Assembly (NCBI GenBank): GCA_000320545.1
Contig: ADNK01002458.1
Coordinates: 1 to 64,000, forward strand
Reading direction: 5' to 3'
Origin: Bigelowiella natans CCMP2755
Lineage: Eukaryota > Protista > Cercozoa
Length of the DNA: 64,000 nt
Both the position numbers and the translations under genes were made by a program. Shown here one piece after another: positions 25,885 through 40,200 of this stretch (position 1 is the first letter of the stretch; the number at the start of each line of letters is the position of its first letter). A model generated the notes under the pieces. It searched no databases. It had not been told where the DNA came from and saw only the letters and a list, made by a program, of their open reading frames with translations.

Positions 25885-27712
25885 TTACTGCCTGCGAGCG
25901 AGTTTCTGGGCTTTTTTGACTCTTTTTTGAACCTCAGGTGCCAGTCTCGCGATAGCTTCCGGCGTCATACTCAGCAACTTTTGTATCATTTTCTAATTAT
26001 AAGGCATGAGAGCTTATTTAGGGCATAACTTGATAGAAAATGGTATAATAATTGTAACCTGCTCAGCGAGTTGCTTCGGTGTTGGATTGTTTAATCTCAG
26101 AGCTCTGTTCGACTTATTTGCTGGTACTGTAGCAATAGAATAAGAAGGCGGAGGACCACTCAGAATGTTAAGTACATTGAAACTCAGAGAGAACATTCAT
26201 TCAGCGTGATAGAACCAACCTGACATTCTCGCGATACGAGAGGGATGCATGCCATTGATGAGTTGTGATTCTCCTCCTATAGTCGATGATGCCGCAGAGG
26301 TGTTTGATGGGTGTTGCATTGCCGGGGCTCCTGCATTTCCACCGTACCAGTTATTATTCGCTCCTGCTTGAGAAAAGGGGGCTACTGAATGCTGCATCGC
26401 CGGGGGTCTTGTCACTGGATGTTGTACTGTTGTTCTCATCCCTGCTGCTTTTCGTGTTGGTCTTCCTTGCTGTTTCTTGTGCTCCTTGTAGAGCAATTTA
26501 ATTTGGTTGTCCTTGACTAAACCTAATGATGATGCGGAGGTGGAAATTGAGGATGAAAGTGTGTATGATGATGATGATGATAGAGTGGTGGTGATGGAAA
26601 TTGATGATGAAGAGTGGACGTGAAGGGATATTGTATGCAGACCAAAAGCCAACTGGATTTGGAGCAACATTTCAGCAAGTTGAGGAGATTCTATAAGCAA
26701 CTGCCGTGCTCCTGCTCGATCCTGCAATGGTGGTGGTGTACCATGCAATCAATCAAACCGCTGCTGCTACAAACAATGACAGTCATAGTTCTACCTTTGC
26801 AGCAAATGCCTTCATTTCAGACAAAATCGTAAGCATCTGGTCTTGTCCCAGGTTTGAGACGTAAGAGGAGATATCCTGTTTCGTCTGCCAGTTTGTCAAC
26901 ATTCAGTCAGCAAAATGAACTTTAGCTGTTTCGACAATGCACAAACCTTTCGCTTATTATCAATAAGACTCGGAACAGAGCCAAGCGGTTTAGTATTATT
27001 CGTGACTTTTTTTGCAGTCAATGGAGCAGATTGCGTCACCCGGATGGTTGATGATGATGCAGATGGTTTTGGAGGAGGAGAAGGTTTTGGTTGTTGAGGA
27101 GGGGGTGGCAGCGATTTCAGCATATTTGCAAACTTGGCACTACCAGTGTGGATGATATATTATTTTCTCAGTATTACGACCAGAATCTAATTAAAATGAA
27201 CTAATTGCGGACCTATGTTGAGGGCTATCAGCTGCTTCGATCCGAAGAGGCCTTCCATGGAAGTCACACTCCTTCAGATTGCGAACCGCACTCCTAGCTG
27301 TGCCTAACAATTTGAATTTGATCAGGATGGTGATGTAATGTAATTGATCAATAATTACTTACTCGCATCAGCGAACTCGCAAAAGCCATATCCTTTCGGC
27401 TGCCCTGTTTCCTCATCACTAATGAGCCTATGCATCGAAGTAGCACCATCTTAGATTGAACAACCAGGTGAAGCTTTAAATGGAAAGGAAATTAAAGGGA
27501 AAACCTAAAATCCTTGACTAATCCAACTTTTCTTAAGACTTCTATGAGCTGTTGTTTCGTGGCGGCGTAGGGAATATTTCCAACTGATTATGTATGGGAA
27601 GAAGATGATGGTATTATGGATGACATAACTAATCAATAAGTAACAATGTACCGTATACGCAGCGTTTAGGATCCACTTGTAGAAATGTAGAAGATGATGA
27701 GGATGCCTGCAT
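25885..27712 (-). CDS. CSTF2: Cleavage stimulation factor 64 kDa subunit (CstF-64/RNA15): RRM, hinge and C-terminal domain
   Basis: RRM RCVYVGNIPY..LISDEETGQPKGYGFCEFAD..SAVRNL...FHGRPLRI. Hinge ISSYVSNL..ILSEMK..ARQLLIESPQLAEMLLQIQL. C-terminal MIQKLLSMTPEAIARLAPEVQ. Confidence 0.92.
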
Positions 27713-28960
27713 TGATGAAGGGTCGCCACTCCTCGTATGTATGGGGCAGACGGGGACGGGCGGCAAGGCTTGTGCGATTTACTCGTATTTCGTAAATCCT
27801 ATAGGGTTTTAATATTGCGACATGCTCCAATCGACACTGCTTAGAGATTTCCTGAAGCATTCTCCCTTTTGCTCCTCAATTCAACGGGTTGAAGCAATAT
27901 CAAGAAATTGTTAGAAGTCCATGGAAGTACTTAGGACAAAATAAGAACAAGAGTCGTAGATCTTTTATCTTGTCAATAATCTGCACCGAACGAACCTGCT
28001 GAAACAAATGTTTTTGTCGGGAAACCTTCGATCGATCCCCGATACGGAAAGTGCTGCAAGAACAAAGTTAGAATGCGGGAATACTTTGTCATGAGACAAG
28101 GGTTTTTTATCAAAATGAATCCGAGATCCGTCCATATTCAGCATATAGAACCACATTCATTCAGGAACAAACAGACTGAAAAGGTGATGATTCTTCCTGA
28201 TGGTAGTTTTTTTGCCCTGACATCAAGGGAATATTCTTTAAGTGCCTCTCAAGCGGGTTCCAAAAAGTCCTTAGTAACATGTCAGGCTTAGCTCGTACGG
28301 AAAGCGAGACTGTGCAGAATCAAAAATGGCCTACAATTTTCTGAAAAGTGTGGTCTTTTTGAAGTGGCGTCATGACGAAAATTGGAAATATCCTCGCAGA
28401 AAGGGTATCTTCCAAAGTCCTTCGTCGAGCAAGGCTGATTGCTACTTCTTCAGAACACTATCTGTCCGGCCCCCCCTCATCGATCCACTCTTGCCTCGTC
28501 CTACCGAATCCTGATACATTCAAAAGGAAAGGGCATATACTGGATCGGGGGGGAAAGATAAAGTCTCTGGCATCACTTTTTTCCCCGTGGGCTGTTAATA
28601 GGGCAAAAAGACTTCGGAAGAGAGGTTGGAAGGATACTAGAATTTTCGACGGGGTGAAGTGAAATGATAAGTGTGATCTCTCTGTATCAGCATTGAGTTC
28701 CTTCTCTTCACCCTTTTTTTTATTTAATCGATATGATATTTTCAAATTTGACGATCGATCAAAAGAATCCACTCCACGGGAGCGAATTTTCCGGACATTC
28801 CGATTGCGCCCGACCATATTGCTGTCGAGTCGAATTGGCGCACAAATGCAATTACCTTGACGAATTGTAATGCAACATGTATTGAAGACGTCGGTGCATC
28901 TTTCGACACCGCTCATTTGATATATAACATGCAGTATTTCACGTAAATTGACACAGCATA

Positions 28961-31202
28961 ATGGGAGCTGGAGTGCCATCTAGGGAAGTTGCTGCAGTTG
29001 GGGGGGGCGCTGAAGAAGCTGATATTGCAGGCGATATAGAAGTTAGTTCTTTTACTGATGTGTTATGTGGGTATTGTGAACATAAGAAGAAAAGATCTCA
29101 GCTAGCTTCATTTCGCAGGATGACCAGCAAGTAATATTGCAAACAAGGGCGCCCGGCGATCTAGATGAAGCCTACCAGGATCTCCTTCAGGACGGCTTGA
29201 TCGTCCGGTATGACTCATACGTCAAGAAAAAAAAAGATCGGCAAATGCGCAAGGTCAGGACATTTGCTTTATTAGTTTGTAATGAACGCCTTCTAATGAC
29301 CAATTACGATCTGTTCGACAGAAAATGGATAGCAAAGTTGTCCTTCAGAATAGCATCACTGAACAGCCTTCGGAATCTCATTTTCGCAGGAAGCATTTAA
29401 AATGTCTTCAGGTATATTACAAGAGATTTATTAATTTCATTGTATTAATATCTCCGCATATAATCAGCGAGAAATGTCGTTCCTAGCGCAACCAGCAGAT
29501 CTGTATGCAGATGTCATGGGAGCTCGTGAACAAGTCATATTTCGTATGGCTGTAGCATTTCAAAGAATTCTTGCTTATGAGAAGGTAACATACAAGAACC
29601 AACTTCGGATATTAGATATGGGGACATAATCCGTACTTCGTAGCATCTGTTTAGATTTGCTAAAACGCATTAATATATATTTGCTCAGAAAAATGGGAAG
29701 TCCTACCAAAGTAGCACGGATGAAAAGGCAAGATGCATAGAACATTTTCTGAAGAATATACCTACTGCCTTCGGCGAAGAGGAGGAGGAAGAGTCTAAAA
29801 GTAAATCAGATGGAACTACCAAATCAAAAGATAAAATGGAAAGTAGCGATGGTAAGACACCAACTGACAAGGGAAACGCGGAGGAGAAGGACGATTCTAA
29901 GAATGTAAAAGAATCAAAAGATGAAAGGGAGGTAAAGGAAGCGACATCAGCAAGGGAAAACACCACCAGTCAAGACACAGCAGAGGAAAAAACCGTAACT
30001 ACTGATGAGGTATCCACTGGTTCTCAAGTAGATGCTGGTGAGAAAGATGCTAAAACGGTTGAGAAGCCTAGCGAAATCCAGGAAAACAAGCAAAAGGGTA
30101 AGAATGCAAACGTGCCAGAGCCAATCTACTCCATGGACAGTAAGTTTATAGAAGAAATGGTTCAATTTGCGGATACGCTGCCTGAGATTTTCGGGTCTAC
30201 TGGCCTACTCGCCAGACCGCGAGACACTGCCAATAGCAGTAGAGTTAGCAAAGCAAATTTGGGAGAAGTGTTGAACTCGTTGCAGTCGGTAGGGAATAGG
30301 CTTCAAGGAAGCGCACGACTTCGATTCGAAAGTAACATCCGAGATATCTTCAGTTTAGCCCGTCAAGGGGGGGTCGAATCCCTTGGAGATGGATTGTCTG
30401 AAGTCATCGACCTTATAGACCGTGACAATGTCGACTTGGATCAGATATTATCGGGAGGATTCCCATTCCTCAATCCAGGGATGCGTCAATCTCGAGGAGG
30501 ACGAGGAGGAGGAGGAAGAGGAGGAAGAGGAGGAAGAGGAGGAGGAAGGATTGGGCAGAGAACGCAGCGTGGTGGTACACCTTCCAGAGAAGTTAGGCAA
30601 GTAGAGCTGCAGAGAGCTCTGGAAGCTGCAGCCCAATCACTCGGGATATCTTCAGAACGAACTTCTCTTGTATCTACGAACACATCAGCTTCTACGCCAG
30701 TAACTTCTCTTGTACACGGTACGCCTGCTTCTAGCTCTGCAGCTGCTTCACCTAATTCTAGTGCTGCTGCCGCTGTAGAGGATTCTAAGGCGGGTTCTAT
30801 TGAAAATGAATCAAAGACGTCCTTAGATTCGAAATTATCGCCAGAGCCAACAGGAGAAACAATCGCAGAGTCTGGTGAATCCCAGAGCGGTAGTGCTGCT
30901 GGGGAAGATGCTGTGGAAAGCGAAGCTGAGGCCAAGAGTGAAGGAAAAAGTGGGGATGAATCAAATCCTGGAGGTGGGGCCGAAAGTGAGGCTAAAGGTG
31001 ATCATCATCCTCCTAGAAGCGAAGCTGGGGAAGGAGGCACTACAAGTTCGAGAGGAAATGCAGAGAGTGCTACAACCACTACAGCTAGCAGCAGTACTGG
31101 TGTATCAGCATCATCATCAGCCCCGACAACAAACACGGAACAACCTTCTGATGCAAAGGAAGTAAAGGAAGTAAAGGAGAGTAAGGATGATGCTAGTAGT
31201 AA

Positions 31203-31234
<32 letters not shown>

Positions 31235-34200
31235 ACCAAGCTGCGAACGAGGAAAGCAAAGCTCAGCAGACTTCTAATGCTTCTGGCGGTAGTCAGCCTT
31301 CCGCCACACCCCAGTCCTCCTCGGGAGGTAGAGCAGCAGCAGCAGAAGCTCTGAGCTATGCAGCAGCAGTAGCGGCAAGAGGAGGGGGAGGAGGAGGGGG
31401 GAGCACATCGTCAAGCAGCCGAGGGGGCCCACGTGATGCTTCTAGCTCCCCTCCTGGATGGCTAAACCATTTGGTGAGCAGTATGCCATCTTCTTCGAGA
31501 AGCAGCAACAGCAGGAGAGGAGGGGACTCAAAGGATTCAAAGGAAACTAAGACATTCAAACAAGACGCCCATGACTGGGACTTCCGCTCCGAAAAGCTTC
31601 TCATGAGACTCATGGAGAGGTACGCTTTTCCTTAGAATCTACTTATGTTTCCTCATTTTTTGTTAATCTCGCTCTCCGTTCAATAAGCTTTCTCCTGTAC
31701 CTATCTCATGCGAATAATCATGTATCTAGATGTACTAAGGATGCTAAGGACAGTCTTCGGGTTGTACTTGAATCAAAAGGCTCCAAAGTGAAGATGCCGA
31801 AAGCGTTCATCCAACTTCATCCTTGTGCAGATTTGCTATGGTTCCTCCAAATGGATCTATTCAAGAAGTGTGTTGGAAGGAAGGAAGCCACCCACCCTGA
31901 AGTTCAAACGCTTATTCGATACTTGAAAGAATTACTTGGAGCGATCACAGAGCTACTCCAGATCGCCGCTCCTTTTTTGCAGAAGAAGAAAACCGATGCG
32001 AAAAATGACGACAAAGAGGAAGAAACTAAGAAAATAAAGGAATCAGGGGGAAATGAGGAGAAGGGGGCAGAAAAGGATGATTCTTCACAATCACTTGGGG
32101 TCGCGAGCGTCTCAAAGAAAGCACAAAAAAATTCCCCCAGTGTGGATAAGTCATCAGCAGTACATGGAATATTGTACGACTCGTTGGCAGGTGACATTGG
32201 GCAAATGGCTGTGGTTGTGATCGCATCTTCGGTCCTGCACCCAGTGTACGGTACACATCTCTCTGAAGCGCTAGTAGACTCTGTCATGGCTTTGCTCGGA
32301 GTTCTAGATAAAATCTCAACTTCGAGCAATACCACCCCCGAGGCTAAGTTTGAACGAGAACTTACCAGTAGGTTCGACGCAGCCTCAAAACTGCATGCAA
32401 ATCCTGTGATGATTGAGACTCCGCACACGTATTTCGCACCTGAGCCGGACAAAGTGGTCACCATTCCTGGGGCCACTCACTTAAGCCTGGAATTCGACCC
32501 ACGATGCAGTACAGAGCGTGGAAGAGATTTTCTCACAATAACTACGCCTTCGGGTGAATCTGTCTGTGATGAGTTACATGGACGACCTGACACCTGGCCG
32601 GATATGCCCATCCTTGTTCCCGGAGACACAGCTATATTCCGTTTTAGACCAGACACTCCAAACAACTACTTTGGATATCGCTGTCTTGTAACAGGACTTT
32701 ATCTTGGCCCTGAAGACGACGATAAAGTTGATGACGACAAGAAGGGAGAAACAAAAAAGAAGCATGGAGTCACAACGAAAACACCTGTGCCTTCGAGAGT
32801 GGAGCGTGGAGTATCTTCCACCATCACTAATGCACCCTCCAAATCCACAAATACAAACAGCAATGCAGAGTCAGAGAAGAGGAAGGAGAATCCCGACGAA
32901 AAGCCTCAGGAGAAGGTAATGACACAATTTTTGAAAGCTGTACGTGGTGACCTGACCACTCGATGTTGTTATCATTATTATTATGCACTGTCGTTCAGAT
33001 TGTCAAGGAAGAGAAGAAAGGGACCCTTACTTTTGTTGAGCCCCCAAAAGGTTGGGTGATAGAATTAGAGCGCGCCTCGGCATGTGCGCTTGGCCGTTGC
33101 CTAAGGGCATTGTCGATTGGCCCGTCGGTTTCCCCGGAAGAGAAAAAGGCACATGACTGGTTAGCTTCACCACTTTTCGCTGGGGGCGCTGAAGGCATTG
33201 AGGTCACAATAAGATTCTAAGCAGCTCCAAGATTACTGAGCAATGTGTGACATGATGACTTTTTAATGTTGACAGGAGAAGTTGGACGTGGGTAGTAACC
33301 CCAATAGCGATGAGTTGAGTCTGGAGGATTTGGTTGAGGATAGAAAAGGTTCGAGCGCAGCTAAATTGTATGCTCATATGCGAATGCTTCTGCCCAAGAA
33401 ACCACATGAAATGATGGGAGGTACTGCGGTAAAGAAGACTGTGCGCAGATTTATTGCAATAGTATTGAAGCATCTTGGTTTGTTACCGGTTGCGGAAGAC
33501 TATTTGCACGAGCTTCAGGAAGACAGCAGCAGCACCACCAGCACCAGCAGCAGCTCCAAAAGCAAAGTAGTAATGGCAGTGGATCCAGTGCAAGCTCTTA
33601 TGCGAGAAAAACTTCGTCAAGTGTGGGAATGCGCTCAAGAGTTTCACCTAATAATCTCTAGGGATTTCAGGCAGAACCAGATGGAGTTTTACGCTCGTGA
33701 GGAGAAGATGAAAGAGACAAAAGAACAGTGGGACGAGAAGGAACTTGAGAAGGCCAAGGCCAAGTTAACGTGGGAAGGATTCTGCAAGTCTATCAATGAT
33801 CGATGCCTCCTGCTGCTCTCTCAACGCCCATTTTTTGAGGCATCGAACTCCGCCCGTGCTCTACTTATGACTCCCCCAAGGTTAACTCGCGTCAGTAGCG
33901 CCTACAAGCCCGCCAGTGGAAGCAGCAATGTCCACAATTCGCTAACAAGTCTGTATTCGGCATTCGACGTAGTTCATTCCTCATCTATAGATGACAAGGG
34001 AGAAGCGCCCACAGTCGATATGCAGCAGGAAGCCTTTAATCAACTCACAGATCTGGTAATCCAATTTCTATCGGCTCCAAATCCGGTGTCTAAGTTCAAG
34101 AAGATGATGGAAGTACATGGCTGCCGCGCAAGACAGCGCATAAAGGCAATCCACACTCTCCGAGGTGCGTTGAGCTCGATAAAGCTCGAGTCCTGTAAAA

Positions 34201-37200
34201 TCAGCATTCTTAGCTCATGGAGCACACCCTTTCGTCAATATTCTGCTTATCCTCGCAGTGAAGTAGAGAAATTAGCTCCCAGAGGAAGTCACTATTTACG
34301 GAACATTGAATCCTCTGGTCCTAAGCTTATAACTGCCGTACACGACGAAGTAACTGGCCTTTACAGGGAGCTCTCTTGTAGTATTCGCGACAACGATGTG
34401 TCAGAGCAGATGAAAGCACTGGCGATCGATAGCTGGGCTATTGATCTCCTCCCACACGATCACACATTCCTACTTAAGACAGGTATCTTGGGTGTGCTTG
34501 AGAAGGTTGCTGGCGCTGAAGCTAAGAATGGAGCTACTTCGCCATCATCAACTCAACCTAAAAATCTGCTGCTGGCACGCATGGCCGCAAAAGCGTTGCG
34601 AGTACTTCACGTCAATGCTTTAGATTGCAGCCCAACACTAGGAACGGGTGCAACCCAAAATACGTTGAACAAACTCCAGGTCCACGTTTTGAACCGCACA
34701 CTCGTTGATCTCCAAGAAGGGTTGAGAGACCTTGACGTTCTTCGTGAGAAACTCAGCGATGTTCGAATCACCAATGTTCGCTTGGGACATGACTTCTGTG
34801 TGAAACCGAAATCCCTCGAGGAGAAATTACTTTCCGATGTCTTGAAGCAATCTTTAGGCAACTCTGGCGTCGCTCATTCTTCTTCCTCAGAATCTCTAAA
34901 TAGCACCAACGACAGAAAGGGAGCCCGAAACGTCCAGAGATACATGGACAAGGAGCAGCAAAGCTTTGATGCTCTCGCAATGATGTGCAGTACTCTTGGA
35001 GGGTTTGCAACTCAGGGAGCTGCAGCATTCCTTTCCAAGAAACCAGTATTGGAGTGTTTTATCAAAATTCTCTCTCGGGGCACCCTTAGGATGCAGAGAG
35101 TAGTTTTTCGAGTCTTTCGTGTTCTCCTGCCTAAGATCGGCCCATCACTCATCGATGGACTATGCGAGAAGGTGGGATGGGGATCTCAAGCGGAAATTGC
35201 TCAAGTGAAGAAGGCCGGGAGATTCACACGCACTCTATTTATGATCGTTGGAAATGCCTTAATTACGCAAAAACCTGCGGGGCTTATCAACCAGAGCCCT
35301 TTCGAATACCGAAATGGCCAATCTGTGCTTGCCCATGCCTCTGATGCGTTGGCCTTGCTCAGAATCCTTGGTGTTGTAGTGCCCACTACTCCATCCTCCT
35401 CAGCTTCTGAGGATGCTCAAGACAATGGCGAAGACACAAAGACTAAAGAGGAGGAGGATGAGAAGGAAGAGGAACGACTTGCTGCGGAAAGGTCTGTCTC
35501 ATCCCTTGAATGGGAAGCGCAAGTTCGGGCATTAATCGCTTACGGGTTCCGTCAGCTACCAAAGCTCATCAACAAGTCACAAGGGGGAATGAACGCTGAT
35601 CATTTAAGGCAGAATCCATGTGATCTGCCATATGCTATGGCCGCCTTCAGCATTATTGGTGGACATTCGCCTCAGCTTACGATTGGCGGGAGGGTGGAAA
35701 TTGTGCGATCGAGTTCAAGTGGTGATGATGAAGGAGCCATGCGAGAAACAGGAGATCTTGTATATCTGGACCGATCTTCCAATATATGCCGTGTGCGATT
35801 TGACCACACGCCAGCCCGTGTGGTCGAGTGCGAAATATCCAAGCTTCGGGCTATTGATCCAGTTGAGTTCGACCCAAAAGCTTTGTTTACCACCACCACT
35901 CTTACAAAGGACTTCATCTCTATCTTCCAGCTTTTCACGCAGGTCTTGAACGAGGACGCTACAGAGCAGGTCAAGCGCAAGGAAGAGGAGGAGAAAGCGA
36001 AAAAGGTGCAAGAGAGCGAACGTAAGGAGAAAGAAGCTAAGCGGATACAGCGGGAGAAAGAAGCAGCAAGCGCGACATGGGATTGTCAGATATGTACCTT
36101 CATTAACCAGCCGAGCGCCAAATCATGTGCCATGTGTGGTACACCACGTCCTGCAGCCCTGCCCAATCTCAACACTGATGATCTCAATGATGACAACGGC
36201 CAAGAAGAGGGTGAAAGTAAGGCAACGGAGAAGGAAGCAAGTGAGGATGCATTGCTATACCGCCAGCTACGTTCTGTAGCGCTTGAATCGCTTTGCAGCC
36301 TCATGAAATCTGAGGAAGTCAGCAAGCTGTTGATCGGGTCCTCCTCCATGCTTCCAGCTCTTCTTCGCCTCGCAACACAACCAACAACTCTTGACAGCTA
36401 TAAATCTGTTCCGCAACTTCACGCGGAGCATGATAGGCTGCAGGAGCTGCTGCTCCAGGCTAGAGATTCTGTCATTGATTATTTACGGGTCTTCAAGCGT
36501 AAAGCTAAAGGCATTACCCTGGATTGCTCGCCTTTCAAAGGTTTGCAGGTACAGCTCCCAAATGCCCTTGATGCTGCTTCATCTCGTGCAATGACCTTTG
36601 TGGGTGATGACGACCTTACAACTGCTACCTTCAACGCAACGAAGCTGATGGGGACCATGCGCTCAAACCATGCTATTCCAAATTCGCTGCTCGCTTACTA
36701 CTTCGAGATTACAATCGAGGACGAAGGTGTCTCTCCAGAGCTCGCTTCAGGGGCTGCGGGGACCGATAAATCCAAAGAAATTGAAAAGAAAAAGAGTAAT
36801 GGGTCGTGGGGAATAGCCTTCGGTCTCTTCCGTGCAGGAATGCAAATGGACGGGGTGCCAGGAAGCTATAACTCATACGCATTTAACTCCACTGGAGAGC
36901 TTATTTCGACCATCTCTCGTGTACCTGTTAGGAAGGAATTTGGCGAACCATTTGGAAGTGGTGATGTCCTTGGATGTGTGTGGGAGATCAGGAGCAAGCG
37001 TGTCTACTTCACAAAGAATGGCTCTGTGATCAAGTCTAAAGACGGTTCTGAGACTGCCTTTACGAACGTTGACGGGTTCTTTCACCCCATCGTGTGGTGT
37101 CAAAATGCGGGTGCAAGAGTCAGCGTCAATTTCGGTCAGAGCAAATGGCGATTTAACTTTAAGCAAACGCTCCCCGCGCACTATCTCCAACAACTAGCGG

Positions 37201-40200
37201 ACGCAGAGAAGAAGGGCGACAAGATGAATTGGAAGGCCAGCGAAGCAGAGATCCGCCGCAAAACTATGGCAGAGGAACTTGTTGTAATGATGGGTATATT
37301 CCCTACAGAGCTTTGTGAGGTCGCCCTTGAACGATGCCAGGATGATATGGAACATGCTGCCAACTGGCTCATTGAGAATGGACGCAGAGAGCTTGAGATT
37401 ATGACAAATAACGCAATTCGTGCTTCAGGTATGTCACAAGTATTTTCTCTTTTTTTCCGATGCTTGTGTTAAGCTTCTGTGCCTTAAAAAGAGTTGTTGC
37501 CTATTGCTTTCATTTTTATTTTTTTGTACTGTTCCATGGGAACAACGTTGATTTGGCACTTAATATCAGAGATGATGCACGAATCCAAGCAAATGGAAGC
37601 TGCAGGTGTAATTCAAGACAGAAATCGTGGCGCTGGCGAAGACGACAGCGACGATGAAGATCTAGCTGAGTGGCTTGTGGGCAACGGTAACGTCTCCAGC
37701 GATCCAAGTTCTCAACGTAGAGCTGCAGCTGCAAGCTTCTTGGACGACGAGATTGAACAGGACGTCCCTGTAGGAGTGGAGCGAAATGAAATCCGCCGCA
37801 ATGGCGATGCAGAAGCCAGAGAGCACGGGGGACAGCAGAATCAGCATGTAGCTTCTCAAGCTAACGAAGATAGCGTTGATATCGTTTACGACAATCTTAA
37901 GATTGAGGATGTACATCCTGGGCAGATGGTGACGGTGAATCCTTTGGCCCTTTCTATTATTGGCGAAAACTTTCTCACACATGGCCCTCAAAGAGAACAT
38001 ATTCGAGCAGTTGCAGGAAGAAGTGGTCTTGTAGCTAATGTTGAGGTCAATTGTAAAGCCGTGCAGTTGTTATTTTCCAATCTAGATCAAGGAAGCCAAC
38101 ACTGTTTATGGCTCCCTCTGAACGTATTGCTTAGAGCTTCTGGACAATGGCAAGATCCATGCCCTCAACAATACAGTGGAGAGTCTTGGGGTAAGCTGGG
38201 TCATAAGTTCTTGGACTGTGAGCAAGCTCTATCTGTACGAAAGGTTCGCAGCGCTGTTGTCGGCTTAGTTGCTCAGAAATGGCCAAAAAACATCCCGTTT
38301 GGTCTTAAGCAGCTTGGAGGTGCGGAAGCTGTGATGTGCATTTTACAACTCACCGCTGCTGAAGTACTGTCGACGGTCCTTGATGATAAAATTAATTCGT
38401 CTGCGCTCGACTCCTCTGTTCCCCTTCTTGATGCTTTCCGCGAAAAAATCCTTCGAATCGTCGAAAATGAATGGGAAGCGGTGAAGAGTCGACCCGAGAG
38501 CAGCCTGCCTGAGCTGCACCATCACCCCGAGACTTTGCATAAGACTATCTCATCAGGAGAAAAATTCGAGCACAAACGGGATTATCTCTCGAAGTCATCC
38601 TGTCCATTGATTCAAACGTTACTTGAGGAGTGCATAGTGCATTTTGCCCAGGCTGTGGACCACCCCCCCCCCGTCTTGGTCTATAAATCTAAGCATCCAT
38701 ATGCCTCTCATGACGAAGTGCGTGAGGAGGTTCACATCCCAGGAGCCAACAAACTCGTAGTTACGTTCGACTCGCGCTGTCATCTTGGTAATGATATTTT
38801 GACCAGACTGAGTTTCTACAGAGACCCCGACTACCAAGACTTGATCTCTCAGCATAATGGTCGTGGTGCAGCACGGTATCCAACTCTGGTTGTACCAGGG
38901 GACCGATTGTTCTTCAAATTCACTTCCCAGAACAACAATGGGCTATGGGGCTATAAATTCAAGGTGAAACCTCTAGAGTACCGCCTTGACGACCAGCAGG
39001 CGCTTAACAGCCACAATTTTGAGCTTGGGAGGTGGCTTTTCGAGCTGTTCCTCACTCAAATGCCCCAGGAGATCACGGAGAGATATATTGTTGAACTGTA
39101 TGACGCAATTACCCTCTACGTCATTCATGCCCGTCCCTCCACGAAAATAAAAGGCGTTAAGTTGCTGATACAATTTCTCCTACATGTGCACCGTATACCT
39201 GCGCTGAGGTTATCGCTCTTGCTAGGCCGCATGGCCAAGGTACCAGATCTGAAGAAATTAAAACCTCTCACTCAAGAGATGGACGCTGTCATGGGGAGCC
39301 TCGACGTGAATCGCACCATCCATTCACAGACACTGCAAGCGCTAATGGAGCTTCTTGCAACTGCTGACCTTGTTCAGAAGGACTTCACCATTGGTAAGCG
39401 ACGACGTCACCATCTGGACACTACAAGTAGTAGCCGTGACTCCAAAGAGGAGAAAGAAGAGAAGGACAGCAAGGAAGAGGATAATAAGAATACAAGGGCC
39501 GGTACAACAGCAGTAGCAGTAGCAGCGCCACATACTTGTAAAATTCATTTCGGCCAAAAAAATATGGCCGATATTAGGAACTATGGACGCAGAAGACTTG
39601 TGATTCTAGAAGCAAAATATAGCTCTGGTGCTACAAGCGCAGCATCATCATCGTCATCCAAAAACTCCAGCAGCAGCCTCGACATTACCACGAGTCTTCA
39701 GGCTTATCTAAATCGATGTGGAGGAGCTGATCTTGTGCTTCCTGTATCGTTCAAACTCCTCTCCGAACTTAAGCCATTTGGTGTGGACCCCGACCCAAGC
39801 TGCGACAAGAAAAAGCTCCGGATACTCTATCGCATAGAGCGCGAGGAGTACGTTCCTGGGAAGGGTGCTGTCATGAATGTTGTCAAGGATAAGCTCGAGA
39901 GAACATTAGTTTTCCGTATGGGTACTAAAACCCAGCCAGCAGTGGGCGATGGAGAACTTACGCATCATACAATAAGTTCATCACCTTCGATGTTTGAGCA
40001 GGTGGTACGTATATCTAGATTCACTCTGCAGGCCCAAGTGGCAGCACCAGAAACATCATCATCATCAGCCACTGTCACCACAGATTCGAAGAATAAAAAC
40101 AACCTCAAAGCTGCTGCTTCTTCTTCTTCTTCAAGCGATGGAGATGTTAAGAAATCATCATCTGCAGGATCTCCTCGAGGTGTTGCTACTACTAGTACTA

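Noticed and set aside
27965-28979. ORFs between CSTF2 and the HECT gene, such as the 173-aa minus ORF 28458-28979
   Set aside because: No recognisable motif or convincing spliced model, and the longest ORF overlaps the HECT start antisense. A small gene here cannot be fully excluded.
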